Assembly (NCBI RefSeq): GCF_018350175.1
Contig: NC_058368.1
Location: 191,520,001 to 191,584,000 of the forward strand
Direction of reading: 5' to 3'
DNA from: Felis catus
Taxonomy: Eukaryota
DNA: 64,000 nucleotides
Below are positions 49,361 through 61,399 of this stretch, in pieces. A model generated the notes under the pieces. It did no database searches, had not been told where the DNA came from, and saw only the letters and a program-made list of their open reading frames with translations. Each line of letters starts with the position of its first letter. The stretch's first letter is position 1. The position numbers and the translations under genes were made by a program.

Positions 49361-52300
49361 TTGAACAAATGGCAAGATGTGAATACCAGCCAGGTGGTGA
49401 AATTTATTCCTAAGTTTAAATCACCAAACTGTAGTTCTATTGTTTTTTGGGGTTTTTTTTCGCCGTGACTATGAAAAGGAAAGATGCAAATACCATTCAT
49501 GTATTTAACCACCATCAATTGCGCACCAAATATCTACCCAGCACTCTGCTCATATCAGGACCATAAACATTAACAAACTGAGTGCCAGCTCCTGAGTAAT
49601 TCACAGTCTGGAGGTGGATAAATCGCTGTAAAAAAAGAGTTATATAAAAGGAAATCAGTGTGTTCTCAGAAATCTTGTCAGGGTTACAAGAACACAGAAA
49701 GACCTGGCCTACCCCCCAGGCATGCCCATGAACACAGAAGGAAAAGAAAGGCTCAGTGCAAGTCTAGCCATAAAAAAGAACCATAAGAGATAGTCCTTTT
49801 TTAATTTACCCATCACTATGCATTAGCTACAGCATCCTCAGCTAGGACAACACGTTGGTTGATCTCCTGACTTACAGAGAAGGGCCAAGTATATGTTTTC
49901 CCCACAAATTAAGTGACTCCACGATAATGTGTTTCATGATGTTAGATTGGAGAGGTCTGATTCTTCTATTAGTCTCATAGAATAGGTCTCAGAACAGTAC
50001 AAACAGAAATGAAATAAAGTATCGAGTCCCAGGATATGAGAATGTTATTTTCATAGTTTATGTGAATCTGCCCAGGTAGGGCACGGTAAGTTGCTAATCT
50101 TTTTGTTTTAATAAATGTGTTTACCAGCTAGGAGAATGCAGCTTGATTCAATGTCTCATAGAGCACTCAATTTTGGTAAATTAAAGTTAATAACATTTCT
50201 CCATGAGCTATGATAACATCTCGTGGTGAGTCACAAGGAAAATGCACCGAGTTGTATGGAAAGGTACCAACAGGAGCGTCGTGCATCCCGGCAGTCTCTC
50301 GCCTCGAGGACACAAAGGTTAACGTGTGTTCTCATCACAGTTCAGAGGTAGGTGGCTGTATGTCGCCCACTTCTCTGGATTCTATCCAGCTGTCATGGCT
50401 GCAAAACTGGGCTGACGGTAAGCCAAAAATCCTATCTAGAAAGACATCAAATGCAGAAAGTCGAGGGAGAATTGTAAGTAGAAGATTAGAAATAATTACA
50501 ACTACTACTAAGCATGAAATTAAGCCGTATGCAATGAAACGCATTATTGATAAACTTTCAGTTATCAATTAAGGCTAGAAAAACTCCATTGCCTCTTGCC
50601 TGTCTGTTGAAAAGCATAAATGAAGCTCACTTTTGAACAAAGTTTTTTAACGCTAAGAAGTGGTTTAAAAATAGAGTGTTTAATGGTCCACTTTATAATT
50701 GATGTCATAACATACACTGCTCCAGAGCCAACACAATACACTGCAGTGTGATCATTTGCATAATTGTATAGTTCTCTGGGACTCCGTTCAAACTCATGTT
50801 CCCTCCTCTCTCCTACTCCCTCATGCTGGTGATTGAAAGCAGGGGATCTCCTCCCTCTGTGCCTGTGTGTCTTACCTCTGCAACTCTTGCCCGTTTAATT
50901 AGTCCTCTTTCTGTGGTGGGTGTCAAAAATTGTAGGGCAGGCTGTCCATGGCCATCTTGCTCTGTCTGAAGCCAAACTCACACTTAATTATAGTCCCTTA
51001 TACTTGAACCTTTCTCCATTTACCCAATGTTCTCATTGTCCATGATCTCATCTGGCTTTCACAACATCTCCATGGGAAAGACAGGGCAGAGATTATGATT
51101 CTCAGTTTAGAGATGAGGGGACAGAAGATGAGAGGAGCACTCAAGGCCATGTTAGGTGAACAGCAAGCTTGGGGTTGAAGATGCCAGTTCAGTTTTTTCT
51201 AGAATATGTTGCGTGCCTCGTAATTCAAGAAGTGTTTTACCCTGGTACTTCACGCATGGTCTGTAAACTCAAGTAAGGAATATGAGTGAATATTATGACT
51301 GAATCATATCGGTGCAAGACAGCAGGGAATGGTGGGGACTATGGCGAAGTGGTAAGCATTTGGGGAGAACTCTGTCTAAAAAAGCATGCCAATTCAAAAC
51401 AATTTTAAATAGGATATGGGTCAAAAGACAGTACACTTAAGGATGGGTAGAAGAGGCTGTAAATCTGGACTTTGAGCAGGCGGTGGTGATTCCACCACCT
51501 GCATTATACGTATTTGTCAGTACGTATCTAAGGAATAAAACTCCCAATGCACACAGAGGCACACCTGGGAACCATATTCCTCCAACAACTGAGAAATGAA
51601 TTCCCAATAGGAAATCTGTCCTTGGTCTTGAGGCTTCACAGTCTACTGAGAAATGATGGGCAGACCCATCAAAACATCACCCCCTCAGGGAAGCCACTCT
51701 TCAATTCCTCCCAGTCAGAGTTAGGCAGGTTTTCTTCAGAACTCTCCTAGCCCTTTGCACACATTGGGATGAGAAATAATTCTGTGTGCAATGCAAGAGA
51801 AACTGTGTAGTGATTTTGCTTCTAAACTTACCTTAGCATAAAGCCTTCCTGGCACTCAATAATGTTTGACCGTGAATTACAGAAGGTTTCGATAAAACTC
51901 AAGTCCTCTGAAGGCAAACAAACAAAAGGAAGAGAGGTAGTTGAGATGAGATGGTTTCTGGCTGTAAGAGGAGCGACGACACTGAGCACTTATTCTAGGT
52001 TCTTCAAGATGCAGCAAAGGCTAGAGGTTAAGGGCATGGTATTAGAATCAAGGTAATCTGAATGCAAATTACGGCACCGGTTCCAATGTGCTGTGTTATA
52101 GTAAGCAAAGGCTCTAAAAATGCTCTGCGCTTCATTTTCCTCTTCCATAAGAAAGGAATAATGATGCCCACCTCACAGTGCCATCACAAGGATTCAATGT
52201 AGAGTAAGTGTTCCCTTCATTCATGATTTAATTCATTTAGCAAATATTGATGGAGCATCTATGATCTTAAGGCAACTACTAGGTGCAGAGGATACAGGGC

Positions 52301-52494
52301 TAGTCCTTGACCTCATGCAGTTTTCATTCTAGCAGATAAGATGGAGATTGATTAAATAATCACACAAATCAATACAAAATTATAACCATGATAAGTGTTT
52401 TGAGGGAGACATTTATGGCCCTATGAGATTGGGGGTGGGGGAATCAGACCTGACTGGGGAGGCTAAGGGTCAGGGAAAAAAAGGAAATAGCTGA

Positions 52495-52722
52495 GGGTAC
52501 CTGGGTGGCTCAGTCGGTTACGTGTCCGACTCTTGGTTTGGGCTCAGGTCATGATCTCACGGGTTCATGAGTTCAAGCCCCGCATTGGATTTTGTGCTGA
52601 CAACGCAGAGCCTGTTTGGGATTCTCTCTCTCCCTCTCTCTCTGCCCCTCCTCTGCTCACACTGTCTCTGTTTCTCTCAAAAATAAATAAACTTTAAAAA
52701 CATTTCTTTAACGATTAAAAAA
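52495..52722 (+). mobile_element. Can-SINE
   Basis: TSD AAAAAAAGGAA(A/G)TAGCTG. Confidence 0.95.
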
Positions 52723-52969
52723 AGGAAGTAGCTGGAGAGCAGGAGAAATCTGAAAAATGAGTAAGCATTCATCAGTTGGGAACAGGAGAAAAGACTGAGC
52801 AGAAACACAGCCTCAGTGAGGGTCCCCTGGGAGACAGTGAGTCAGAGCAGGACACGTAAATTATAACAAAGTTAGGATACTTGAGTGATGCAACCCATGG
52901 GGAGCATGGCTGATAATACTGAGGTTAGGTAGCAGAGACCACACCATGCAGAAACCTGTGGACTGTTGC

Positions 52970-53166
52970 TTTTTTGTATGTTTATTTTTGAGAGAGAAAG
53001 AGTGAGGGGTGGGCAGGGCACAGAGAGAGAGACACACAGAATCTGAAGCAGAGTCCAGGCTCTGAGCTGTCAGCACAGAGTTGGATGCGGGGCTCGAACT
53101 CACAGCCACGAGATCATGACCTGAGCTAAAGTCAGACGTTCAAATGACTGAGCCACCCAGGCGCCC
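52970..53166 (-). mobile_element. SINEC_Fc-type Can-SINE
   Basis: Full body. Confidence 0.93.
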
Positions 53167-53660
53167 TGGAGTATGAGCAATGAAGAGCCTTGGAACTGGT
53201 CAGATCATATTAACTTCAGAAATCTATCACTCTAGCTATATGGCATGTGGAGAATTAGGCATTGGGGGGGGGGGGGCGGGAAGTTAAATGGACATTATGT
53301 TCCACCAGATAACAAGTGGTCCTTTAGGCTACAGTGTTGGCAATGAGATGAAGGAAAGCGGAATAGGGCTTAGTGTTATTTAAATAACCCTTGTTATTAT
53401 TGCTGTTACAGATATTACATGCATTATCTCATTTAATCCTCATAAAATCTCAGTAGGGAAGACCACTAGTCTCATTAAGTATAGAGAAAACAAGATCTTG
53501 AAGAGATCATGTGGTTTGCTCAGGGTCAAATGGTTGCCCATAGGCTTGACTTCAAAGTACTCTGCACTATCCCAAATTGCCTTTGGACAGGCAGGCTACA
53601 AAATAAAGGTAGTAATGCCTTAGAATATGGCCCCAAGTGAGTCAAAACTGTAACATAAGA

Positions 53661-53881
53661 GGGGCGCCTGGGTGGCTCACTCGGTTAAGCATCCAACTCT
53701 TGATTTCAGATCAGGTCATGTTTTCACGGTTTGTGAGTTCGAGCCCCATATCGGGCTCTGTGCTGATATATGGGGCCTGCTTGGGGGTCTGTCCCTGTCT
53801 ATCTGCCCCTCCCCCACTTGCTCTCAATCTCTCTCTCAAGTGCCCTCTCTCTCAAAATAAATAAAAATAAAACTTAAAAAA
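53661..53881 (+). mobile_element. Can-SINE
   Basis: Full body. Confidence 0.93.
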
Positions 53882-54227
53882 TGTAATACAAGAAAGGGTT
53901 GAACCTTGGCTTTTATTTGAACAAAAGAATGTTTTTGTTTTTTTTTTAATTTTAGAGCCTTGATCTGTATCACAAACAAATATAGTCATTTCAAAGTTAT
54001 ATAGCAATTTTGAGACAGAAGCTGTCAGGGTGCTCATGTACATAGATCAAAGAGTACCAAAAACAAAACAAAACATGTACACTCCTATCCATTGACAATT
54101 TGTCAAATTCAAAAATGTAGAACTCCTGTTGGTGAATATTTTTACCACCCACTTCCCTAAAACCATGCAATGGTTTCTTATTATCATCATTGAAAATAAA
54201 CGTAGCCATGATTTAATTTTGTGTACA

Positions 54228-54441
54228 TTTTTTTACGTTTTTATTTCTTGATTTTGTGAGAGACAGAGACAGCACAAGTGCGGGAAGATCAGAGAGACAG
54301 GGAGAGAGAGAATCCCAAGCAGGCTCCGTGCTGCCAGCACAGAGCCTGCTGCAGGGCTTGAACCCACGAAGCTGTGGGATCATGACCTGAGCAGAAACCA
54401 AAAGTCAGACACTTAACAGACTGAGCCACCCATGTGCCCCC
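54228..54441 (-). mobile_element. Can-SINE
   Basis: TSD TAATTTTGTGT(A/G)CATTT. Confidence 0.94.
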
Positions 54442-54535
54442 TAATTTTGTGTGCATTTCATCAAGACATTTTGTAGTTGAATTTACATAGTGAGGTGCTA
54501 AGCAGGTCTAAAACTATCAAAGAACCACTTTGGCG

Positions 54536-54625
54536 AAAGACAGAAAGACAGAAAGAAAGACAGAAAGAAAGACAGAAAGAAAGACAGAAAGACAGAAAGA
54601 CAGAAAGACAGAAAGACAGAAAGAC

Positions 54626-54684
<59 letters not shown>

Positions 54685-54685
54685 A
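54536..54685. repeat. Compound (GACA/GAAA)n tetranucleotide microsatellite
   Basis: Read directly; explains the KERQ/KERK ORFs. Confidence 0.95.
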
Positions 54686-55699
54686 AAAATTCTAAATGTG
54701 AAAGGGTGTTACCCTTTCACAAAGGTGTTACCATCTCAATTACATCTCAATTACATCATCTCAATTACATTCACAAGACCACCCCTCTTCCTTTTACTGG
54801 AGAGGTTACAAATTCAAATGCTTACAGAGCCCCATCAGGGACAGCAAATGTATACAACAGTCTGGAGGAGTAAGGGCTGTTATAAGACAGTGAGCACACG
54901 TCCCACCTAAAGGGCAATCCGGTTTCACTGAAACACACTTCCCTCCACTGAACAGCTTCTCGGACTTACATGTAACTCTGGCCAAGGGCCAAAAGTAGCC
55001 CACGAACACCAAGGTGTTAAACTGAGAAGGATCCCTCACTGTTCAGAAACCATTAAGTGCAGTATGTTTTAAAATGTATTTTGTAATGTAAAGTATGAAG
55101 CTGTTTTAAAATTCTCATTCTTCAAGAAAACTGTCATTTTAAGACACTGTTCTATAAATACAGACTAGGAACGGAATCTTTAGAGAAATACTGTTCTTCA
55201 TACATTAATTAAAAGGGACAAATATGGGTTATTTTTTTTTTCCTCCCGAACGAAATGCAGCCTTTAATGCATCTCTCCAGGGTGGTTTCCTTTTACCATC
55301 TAGCAGATATGGGAAAATTACATGTGGAACATGCCAGCTCTGGTCTATGTTTAAATAAACTCTCTGCCCTATGGTGGGACAAGATGTAAAGGAATGAGTA
55401 ATACATTTACTTTCTGTACATTCTTGGAACAATCCTCCCACACCAAAACTATTATTTATCTAAATCATGTAAAAAATATCTTTTCTATTTGCAGTACATC
55501 TGTACGTTCATTTTGATGGCATGTGATTATACAAAATCATTACAAGCACCCAGATTCTAATTGTAACAATGATGGTTTGCTTCAAAACTTTTCCGGTTCC
55601 TAGCCCTCTTCTTCCCAAAGTCAGTTTAAAAGCTGGAATCATTTTAGAATCTTTAAGTGAAAGAAATGTTACTCTCTCAGGCCAAACAAGCATGAATCA

Positions 55700-56520
55700 A
55701 TATCAAAAAGCAGCAATAACTAAAGTCATTATAATTTCAACAAAAACAATTCATGCCAAAGTCACCTGAATTTTAAATAAGCTTACTTGTCTTGCAGAGT
55801 AATAGAATTCCATAATTGTGAAATCTATAGGTTTTGGTAACAAAGCTGCCAAAATACTTTGTGATAAATTTACGGACAAGAAGGAAAAAACGTAGGGTAG
55901 ATTATGATAAGATTAGGGTGGTAAATGTATATCAGGTCAACCCACCATAGACAAAGAACTTCAATTTATGACTGATACAAAGATCAGAGCTTACAAGAAT
56001 GAAAGCATCTCTCAAAGTGTGCCCCAAGGCTCTGTTTTGCTGCCTCCCCCTATTGTGCATCCTCTTTAAAAAATCTTTTGGGGCACCTGGGTGACTCAGT
56101 CACTTAAAAATCCGACTCTTGATTTTGGCTCAGGTCATGATGTCACGGTTCAGTTCATAGGATTGAGCCCTGCATCAGGCTCTGCACAGATAGCATAAGC
56201 CTGCTTAGGAATCTCTCTTCCCTCCCCCACCCTGCCTCTGCCCCTCTCCCACACAAGTGGACATGTGCACACTCTCGTGCTCTCTCTCTCTCAACATAAA
56301 CTTTAAAAAATCTTTTAATTAAAAAGTAGGAAAAAGTCCTAGAAGTCCAATCCTGCTTGTCAAATGTATGCATGGCACAAGTTTCATACAATGATTAAAA
56401 TTTTGGAGTATCAAAGTGATCTAAATAGATGAGAATACAGGGCCAATACCACAAGTAAATGCTTGACAAGGTAAACGCCTATTTCTACATCCGAGCTCAA
56501 AATTAAATCCATTGCCAAAT
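55700..56520 (+). mobile_element. Ancient CR1/L3 LINE reverse-transcriptase fossil, interrupted by a SINE
   Basis: TCATGCCAAAGTCACCT (SCQTNL-like), GTGCCCCAAGGCTCTGTTTTG (VPQGSVL) and ATCAAAGTGATCTAAATAGA (QxDLxR) in CR1 order. Confidence 0.65.
56080..56310 (+). mobile_element. Can-SINE
   Basis: TSD AAAAAATCTTTT. Confidence 0.93.
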
Positions 56521-57804
56521 CATCACACAGAGAAATAATTGGATAATTACTCAGAAGGAACGGAGGGTTACACATGGATCCAAGCCCATCTTAGGCTGCA
56601 AGGGAGAAGGCAGCATGAGTGGGAAGGAGGAACATGTGGGGCAGAGTTTAAGACCCCCCCAGCTGTGAGGTTTGCAAGCTAGGTGATCCCCGAACTTCAC
56701 TTAAGTCAGTTTCCTTCTCTATCAAATGGCGATAATAATTATTGCTTAAAGAATAATGACTAAATAACATAGTGAACATACTAGGGATATTAATAATAAT
56801 GATAATAGCATCTATCACCTATTTGAATCATTAATTACAGGCACTATCACATTAATCTGTCTTCTGTTACAGTGTTTGGCACAGAGCAGGTGTCTAATAA
56901 ACTATGGCTCCCATTATGAACTAGTTGGCCTTACAACGTTATCTGGGAGAATCACTCATAAGCATGTCATTAAAACATCCCCAAAGTTCCTGACTCTCGA
57001 CTCCAGAGTCCAGTATCTGCAGCAAGCCCCAGAGACCCTGGCCCTTGTGGGGACCAGTTCTACCACAAGTCATGCCTAGAATTTCTGAACCTTTTAATGT
57101 AGGGCCCTTCTTTAGAACGGTTTATTTTCTCTGCTCATGAGGGCTCAGGAAGTATGGCAAGACTTTCTCAGTGGATGATCACATATGCCTCTTGACCTTT
57201 ATCATCTAGGGGTACTTGGAAGAATGAATTTAATATTATGGCATAGACCACATTTTTGGTCGTATTGTTCCCAACATAACCTCAAAATATGTCAGAAATC
57301 TGTGTGGGTCTGAGTGATGTTACAGTGAATCAAAACTTAATTTTTATCTATTGGGTAAGAGATGTTATTTTGGAACACTTTGGGCTACTCTGATTAGGAG
57401 AAATTTAACATTTGGAGAACATTTAATTTAGAGAACATCCAGAAGAAGGTAGCTGGGATTATAAAGGCTCTAAACACCATATCTTAGGATGAATAGTTTA
57501 AAGGCTATGAATGTACAACTCATGAAGCCTGGTTGGGGTACGGAAAAATTGAGGAAAAAAGGGCACTCTCTCAAAATGTCTGAAAGGATTCCCTGTGGAA
57601 TCATGAATAGCTGAACACAGGCTATAAGCAGGAGGAAGGAGCTCTGGATAAGTAACCTAAGAACAGTGAGGTGACCAACAATGGAACCAAGCACATTAAG
57701 TTCTAGAAAATTCTACATCACTAGAAATATCTGAGCAAAGGCCAAACTACCACATGCTAAGACTGTTGTAGAACGAATACCTCCCACCCGCAATATAATT
57801 TTAG

Positions 57805-58030
57805 ATCACAGGTTTCAACCAAACACCCCCACAGACAGATCAGATTATGTTCAGTTTGGCCCTCCATGCTATTTTCCTCCTAAGATGAGTTGTGTAAACA
57901 TATTTAAATTTAAAACATATAAGTAAAACTCCATACTTCCAGCTTCCTTTGAAAATCAGAAGATGAGGCAATACTCATAGCCAGACCGTGACAATCAGCT
58001 GGAGTCTGATTTTGATGGTCTCTGTCACAC
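57805..58030. mobile_element. hAT-Charlie fossil (MER102/MER103-like)
   Basis: ACTTCCAGCTTCCTTTGAAAATCAGAAGATGAGGCAATACT resembles the MER103-type end. Confidence 0.5.
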
Positions 58031-58119
58031 TCTGTGGCTGATGCCATTTGCTTTCATATCTCCTTGGGATTCCTAAATTAAATGATCTCTGGATCTTCTT
58101 GACCCAGCACGATTCTGTA

Positions 58120-58340
58120 ATCCAAATGGGAAGAACTCTGGATTTTGAACCAGAAGGTCCATATGTTGTCCAAATTGACTGAGTTTGTGTCCCTGGACAG
58201 GCTGCTGGAGTCCTCCAGTCTGTGTTTTTCTAATGGGGGTACGATGCGTTTCCCCACCATCTCATAGGATTGCAGTTAAGAATGATATGAAATCATTTCC
58301 GCAAGCAACACCACAGCACTTATCAATGTAAGATACTATC
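58120..58340 (+). mobile_element. MIR SINE
   Basis: GGAAGAACTCTGGATTTTGAACCAGAAG..TGTGTCCCTGGACAG..CTCATAGGATTG. Confidence 0.7.
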
Positions 58341-58511
58341 ACCAAACACACAGATGGCTTCCTTATTCATTTCAGGAACAGAATGATATGGCTTTAGATA
58401 TTTTCTTAAAATAAAAACAGATTTGATAAATATCTGAAATACCTATGATTTGAAAGGACCTAGATGAAATTACTAGAAGGCCTGATGAAAACAATAAAAA
58501 TCCTGCAGTAA

Positions 58512-58513
<2 letters not shown>

Positions 58514-58544
<31 letters not shown>
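58514..58544. repeat. (TG)n microsatellite
   Basis: Read directly from the sequence. Confidence 0.95.
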
Positions 58545-58546
<2 letters not shown>

Positions 58547-60071
58547 CACATCTTTAAGTTGAACAAAGTTTATTAATGTATTTTGTATCTGCTTTATACC
58601 ACTTTGCCTACAGGAGCTTAACAACCTGACTTTTTTTTTTAAGTTAGACTAATATACATGGAGAAAGGAAGGCAGAACACTGCGACAATTTCCAGAAATT
58701 TCAAACAAACTTGACACCGAGAAAATAACACCACTCCTGAATGACTCATGCTAATTGCTGCATACATCACACGCACTGGATCATTACAAAACTCTCCATT
58801 TTCTTATATCTGATTAGAGATGGGGATTGTCAGAGAATCACTGGAGTGAAGCTACTAGAAGGAAGTGAGCTACAGAGTAGAATTTTCTGCGTAGAAACTG
58901 CAATCATCAAGAACTATAACCGGAGGTGTTTTGAGGAAAGACAGTGAGCCAACCAGGATCTAAAATCTTTAAGAATTTAAGAGCCATGACCTGGGGATCT
59001 GTGAACTACCTTACCCAGGGACGGTAGCTGGTAATAGTCAAGGGTTCAAACTTTAAATAAAACAGCACATAGAAAGGCCCTATCCTCAGAAAGAACAAGA
59101 GGTTGGGGAAAAAAACAAAGGCCAGCACAACCAGTGAGAGGGAGAGACAGGTGTGAGACAAGATGAAGAAGTAGGGGAAGGATTTGATTCTTACCCGAAG
59201 ACAAAATAAAAAGAACAGAATAATGTTAAAGTAGCCAAATGTGACAGGATCAGATTTGCCTTTTCTTTACCACAGCAATAAATGGTCAGGTTGTACAGTT
59301 GTTTAGGAATGTTAAGACTCTAGTTAATTAGAGGTAGGGAGAAATTCTGAGAAATGTCCGGGAGAAGCCTGGGTTTTTGATTTGCCTAACTGGAGCCATT
59401 TTACCGAGATAGAGAAGTGGAGAGTAGCAACACTAAGCTAGGGAAAAACTCTAAGACTTTGGATAAGAATAATCTTGTTATAAGCTTGTAACACAGAATA
59501 TGATAAGTGTTATATTTAGATATAACTACCTTATGTTATGGTAGACTGTGAAGCCAGAATACGGAGGTTCAAATCCCAGCTCCACCATTTCGTAGCTGGT
59601 AACTCAAGCTAGTAGTTACCCACAACACCTTCAAAATGGAAAGATTCAGACTTCACAAGTGAGAATAAAAGGAAGGAAAAGACTGACTATTCTGCATCCA
59701 TCATTACAAGGAACTGGTTTGAAACTCATACAAATTAAGCAAGCAAAATTTAAAAGCCAGCTAATCAGTGAGAATCTCCCCTTCCCAACGTCAATCAACT
59801 CCAATAACCACACTTTCTCAGATAAAGGGTAGCCAACTACCTAAACCCTCTGCTTCTCAAAGCCAGGTAATCTCTGGACCCCACTGGCCATGCACCTCTC
59901 CTAATGCATCCCCTGCCTCTCCCTCAAGAAGACCGCGATCCTACACGACTTTGAACTTCATTTATTTTCCTTCCTCTCAAATATATTATACACATATAAG
60001 CAACTAAGTGGTGCTTATTCTCGAGAAAAATGCAAAAATGTTATTATAAATATCATACCATAAATTATGTA

Positions 60072-60270
60072 TTTCTTATTTTTATTTTTGAGAGAGAGTG
60101 TGCACACATGCATGAGCAGGGGAGGGGCAGAGGGAGAGAGAGAGAATCCCAAGCAGGCTTCATGCTCGGCTCAGAGCCCAACAATGGACTCGATCCCATG
60201 ACCCTGGGATCATGACCTGAGCTGAAATCAAGAGCTGGATGCTCAACCAACTGAGCCACACAGGCACCCC
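60072..60270 (-). mobile_element. Can-SINE
   Basis: TSD ATAAAT(T/A)ATGTA. Confidence 0.93.
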
Positions 60271-60781
60271 ATAAATAATGTAATTATCATTCAACATTTT
60301 GATCTCACTACTCATCTCTAGGTTAGCATATGTAGTCACAACTCACGTGTTTTCTCTGCCATGTCATCCACTGCATAAATATTCTACAACTTATTTATTC
60401 ACCCTCCTAATGATGGGCAGTTTGGTTATTTCCATTTTTTTGCTATTATAAATAATGCTTGCATGAATATTCTGGTATGTGTCAACTGCATCACATAAGC
60501 AAGAGTATCTGGAAGACATACACAGAGTAGCAGAACCGCTGGGTCAGAGAGGACACCAATGTCTAACTTCACAAGAAAATGCCACATTTCTAAATGATGG
60601 CCGATGATACACTCAAAGCAATGTATTAAAGTCCTCCCCAAGGCTTCATATGTTAAGGCATCTTTATCTGTTCTAATCAAGCAAGCATAAACAACATTTT
60701 ATTGATGTCTCATTTTTCATTCCCCCAGTTACTAATGAGGTTTTGCAACTTTTCATACATTTGTTATCATATGTCCTTCCC

Positions 60782-60995
60782 GGGGTGCCTGGGTGGCTCA
60801 GTCAGTTGAGCATCCGACTTCGGCTCAGGTCATGATCTCATGGTTTGTGAGTTCAAGCCCTGCATGGGGCTCTGTGCTGGCAGCCCAGAGCCTGGAGCCG
60901 GTTTCACAGTCTGTGTCTCCTTCTCTCTCTGCCCCTCCCCAACTTGTACACTGTCTCTATGTCTCTCAAAAAAATAAATAAATGTAAAAAAAAAT
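60782..60995 (+). mobile_element. SINEC_Fc-type Can-SINE
   Basis: Full body; TSD CATATGTCC(T/G)TCC. Confidence 0.94.
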
Positions 60996-61399
60996 TTACC
61001 ATATGTCCGTCCTTTTCAGAGTACCTCCTGCTAAAGTCCTTTGGCCATTTTGCCATTAGGTTATCTTATTCTTTTGTAGTAGCTTTTTACATATGCTATT
61101 CACTACTTCTTCATCATTTACATGTGTTGCAAGAAAATAAAAAATAACAACTTTCCAGTTTGTGGCTGATCTCCTCACTTTACATATATTTGAAGTAATA
61201 TAAAACAAAGGAACTATAAAGTCAACGGTTTCTTTTGCAATGTCTAATAAAACTGGTAAGCAGCTAATGGGATCCATGGCGGGGGGGGGGGGGGGGCAGG
61301 AGAGAGGAAGATGGAAGGCAGATTATAAAGCTGTCTGGGAGTTTGATTCTGTGGTTGATTAGACACACATTCCTATTGTCTAGTATTTTGTTTATTTTC

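Larger units (their letters stand above)
52218..53390 (-). mobile_element. L2 fragment (antisense) with two SINE insertions
   Basis: ATTCATTTAGCAAATATTGATGGAGCATCTATG..CTAGGTGCAGAGGATACAG..CCTTGACCTCATGCAG. Confidence 0.8.
59750..61200 (-). mobile_element. Old L1M 3' fragment with two SINE insertions
   Basis: TGATGGGCAGTTTGGTTATTTCCATTTTTTTGCTATTATAAATAATGC; CCTCCTGCTAAAGTCCTTTGGCCATTTT. Confidence 0.7.

Noticed and set aside
8300..54770. Short tandem duplications (8303-8352, 29401-29424, 34727-34756, 35194-35216, 54732-54770)
   Set aside because: Ordinary slippage duplications of 10-20 bp; no spacer structure, so not CRISPR-like.
54477..54910. KERQ/KERK charged-repeat ORFs
   Set aside because: Translation of a GACA/GAAA microsatellite.
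54970..55021. Minus-strand 52-nt exon-like segment (ccttctcag ... gtaagt)
   Set aside because: Not 3n, no recognisable peptide; chance splice-like pairs are common.
214..60981. Many 60-130 aa ORFs containing 'SAQVMIS...GSVLTAQSLEPASDSVSPSLS'
   Set aside because: Translations of SINEC copies, not a gene family.
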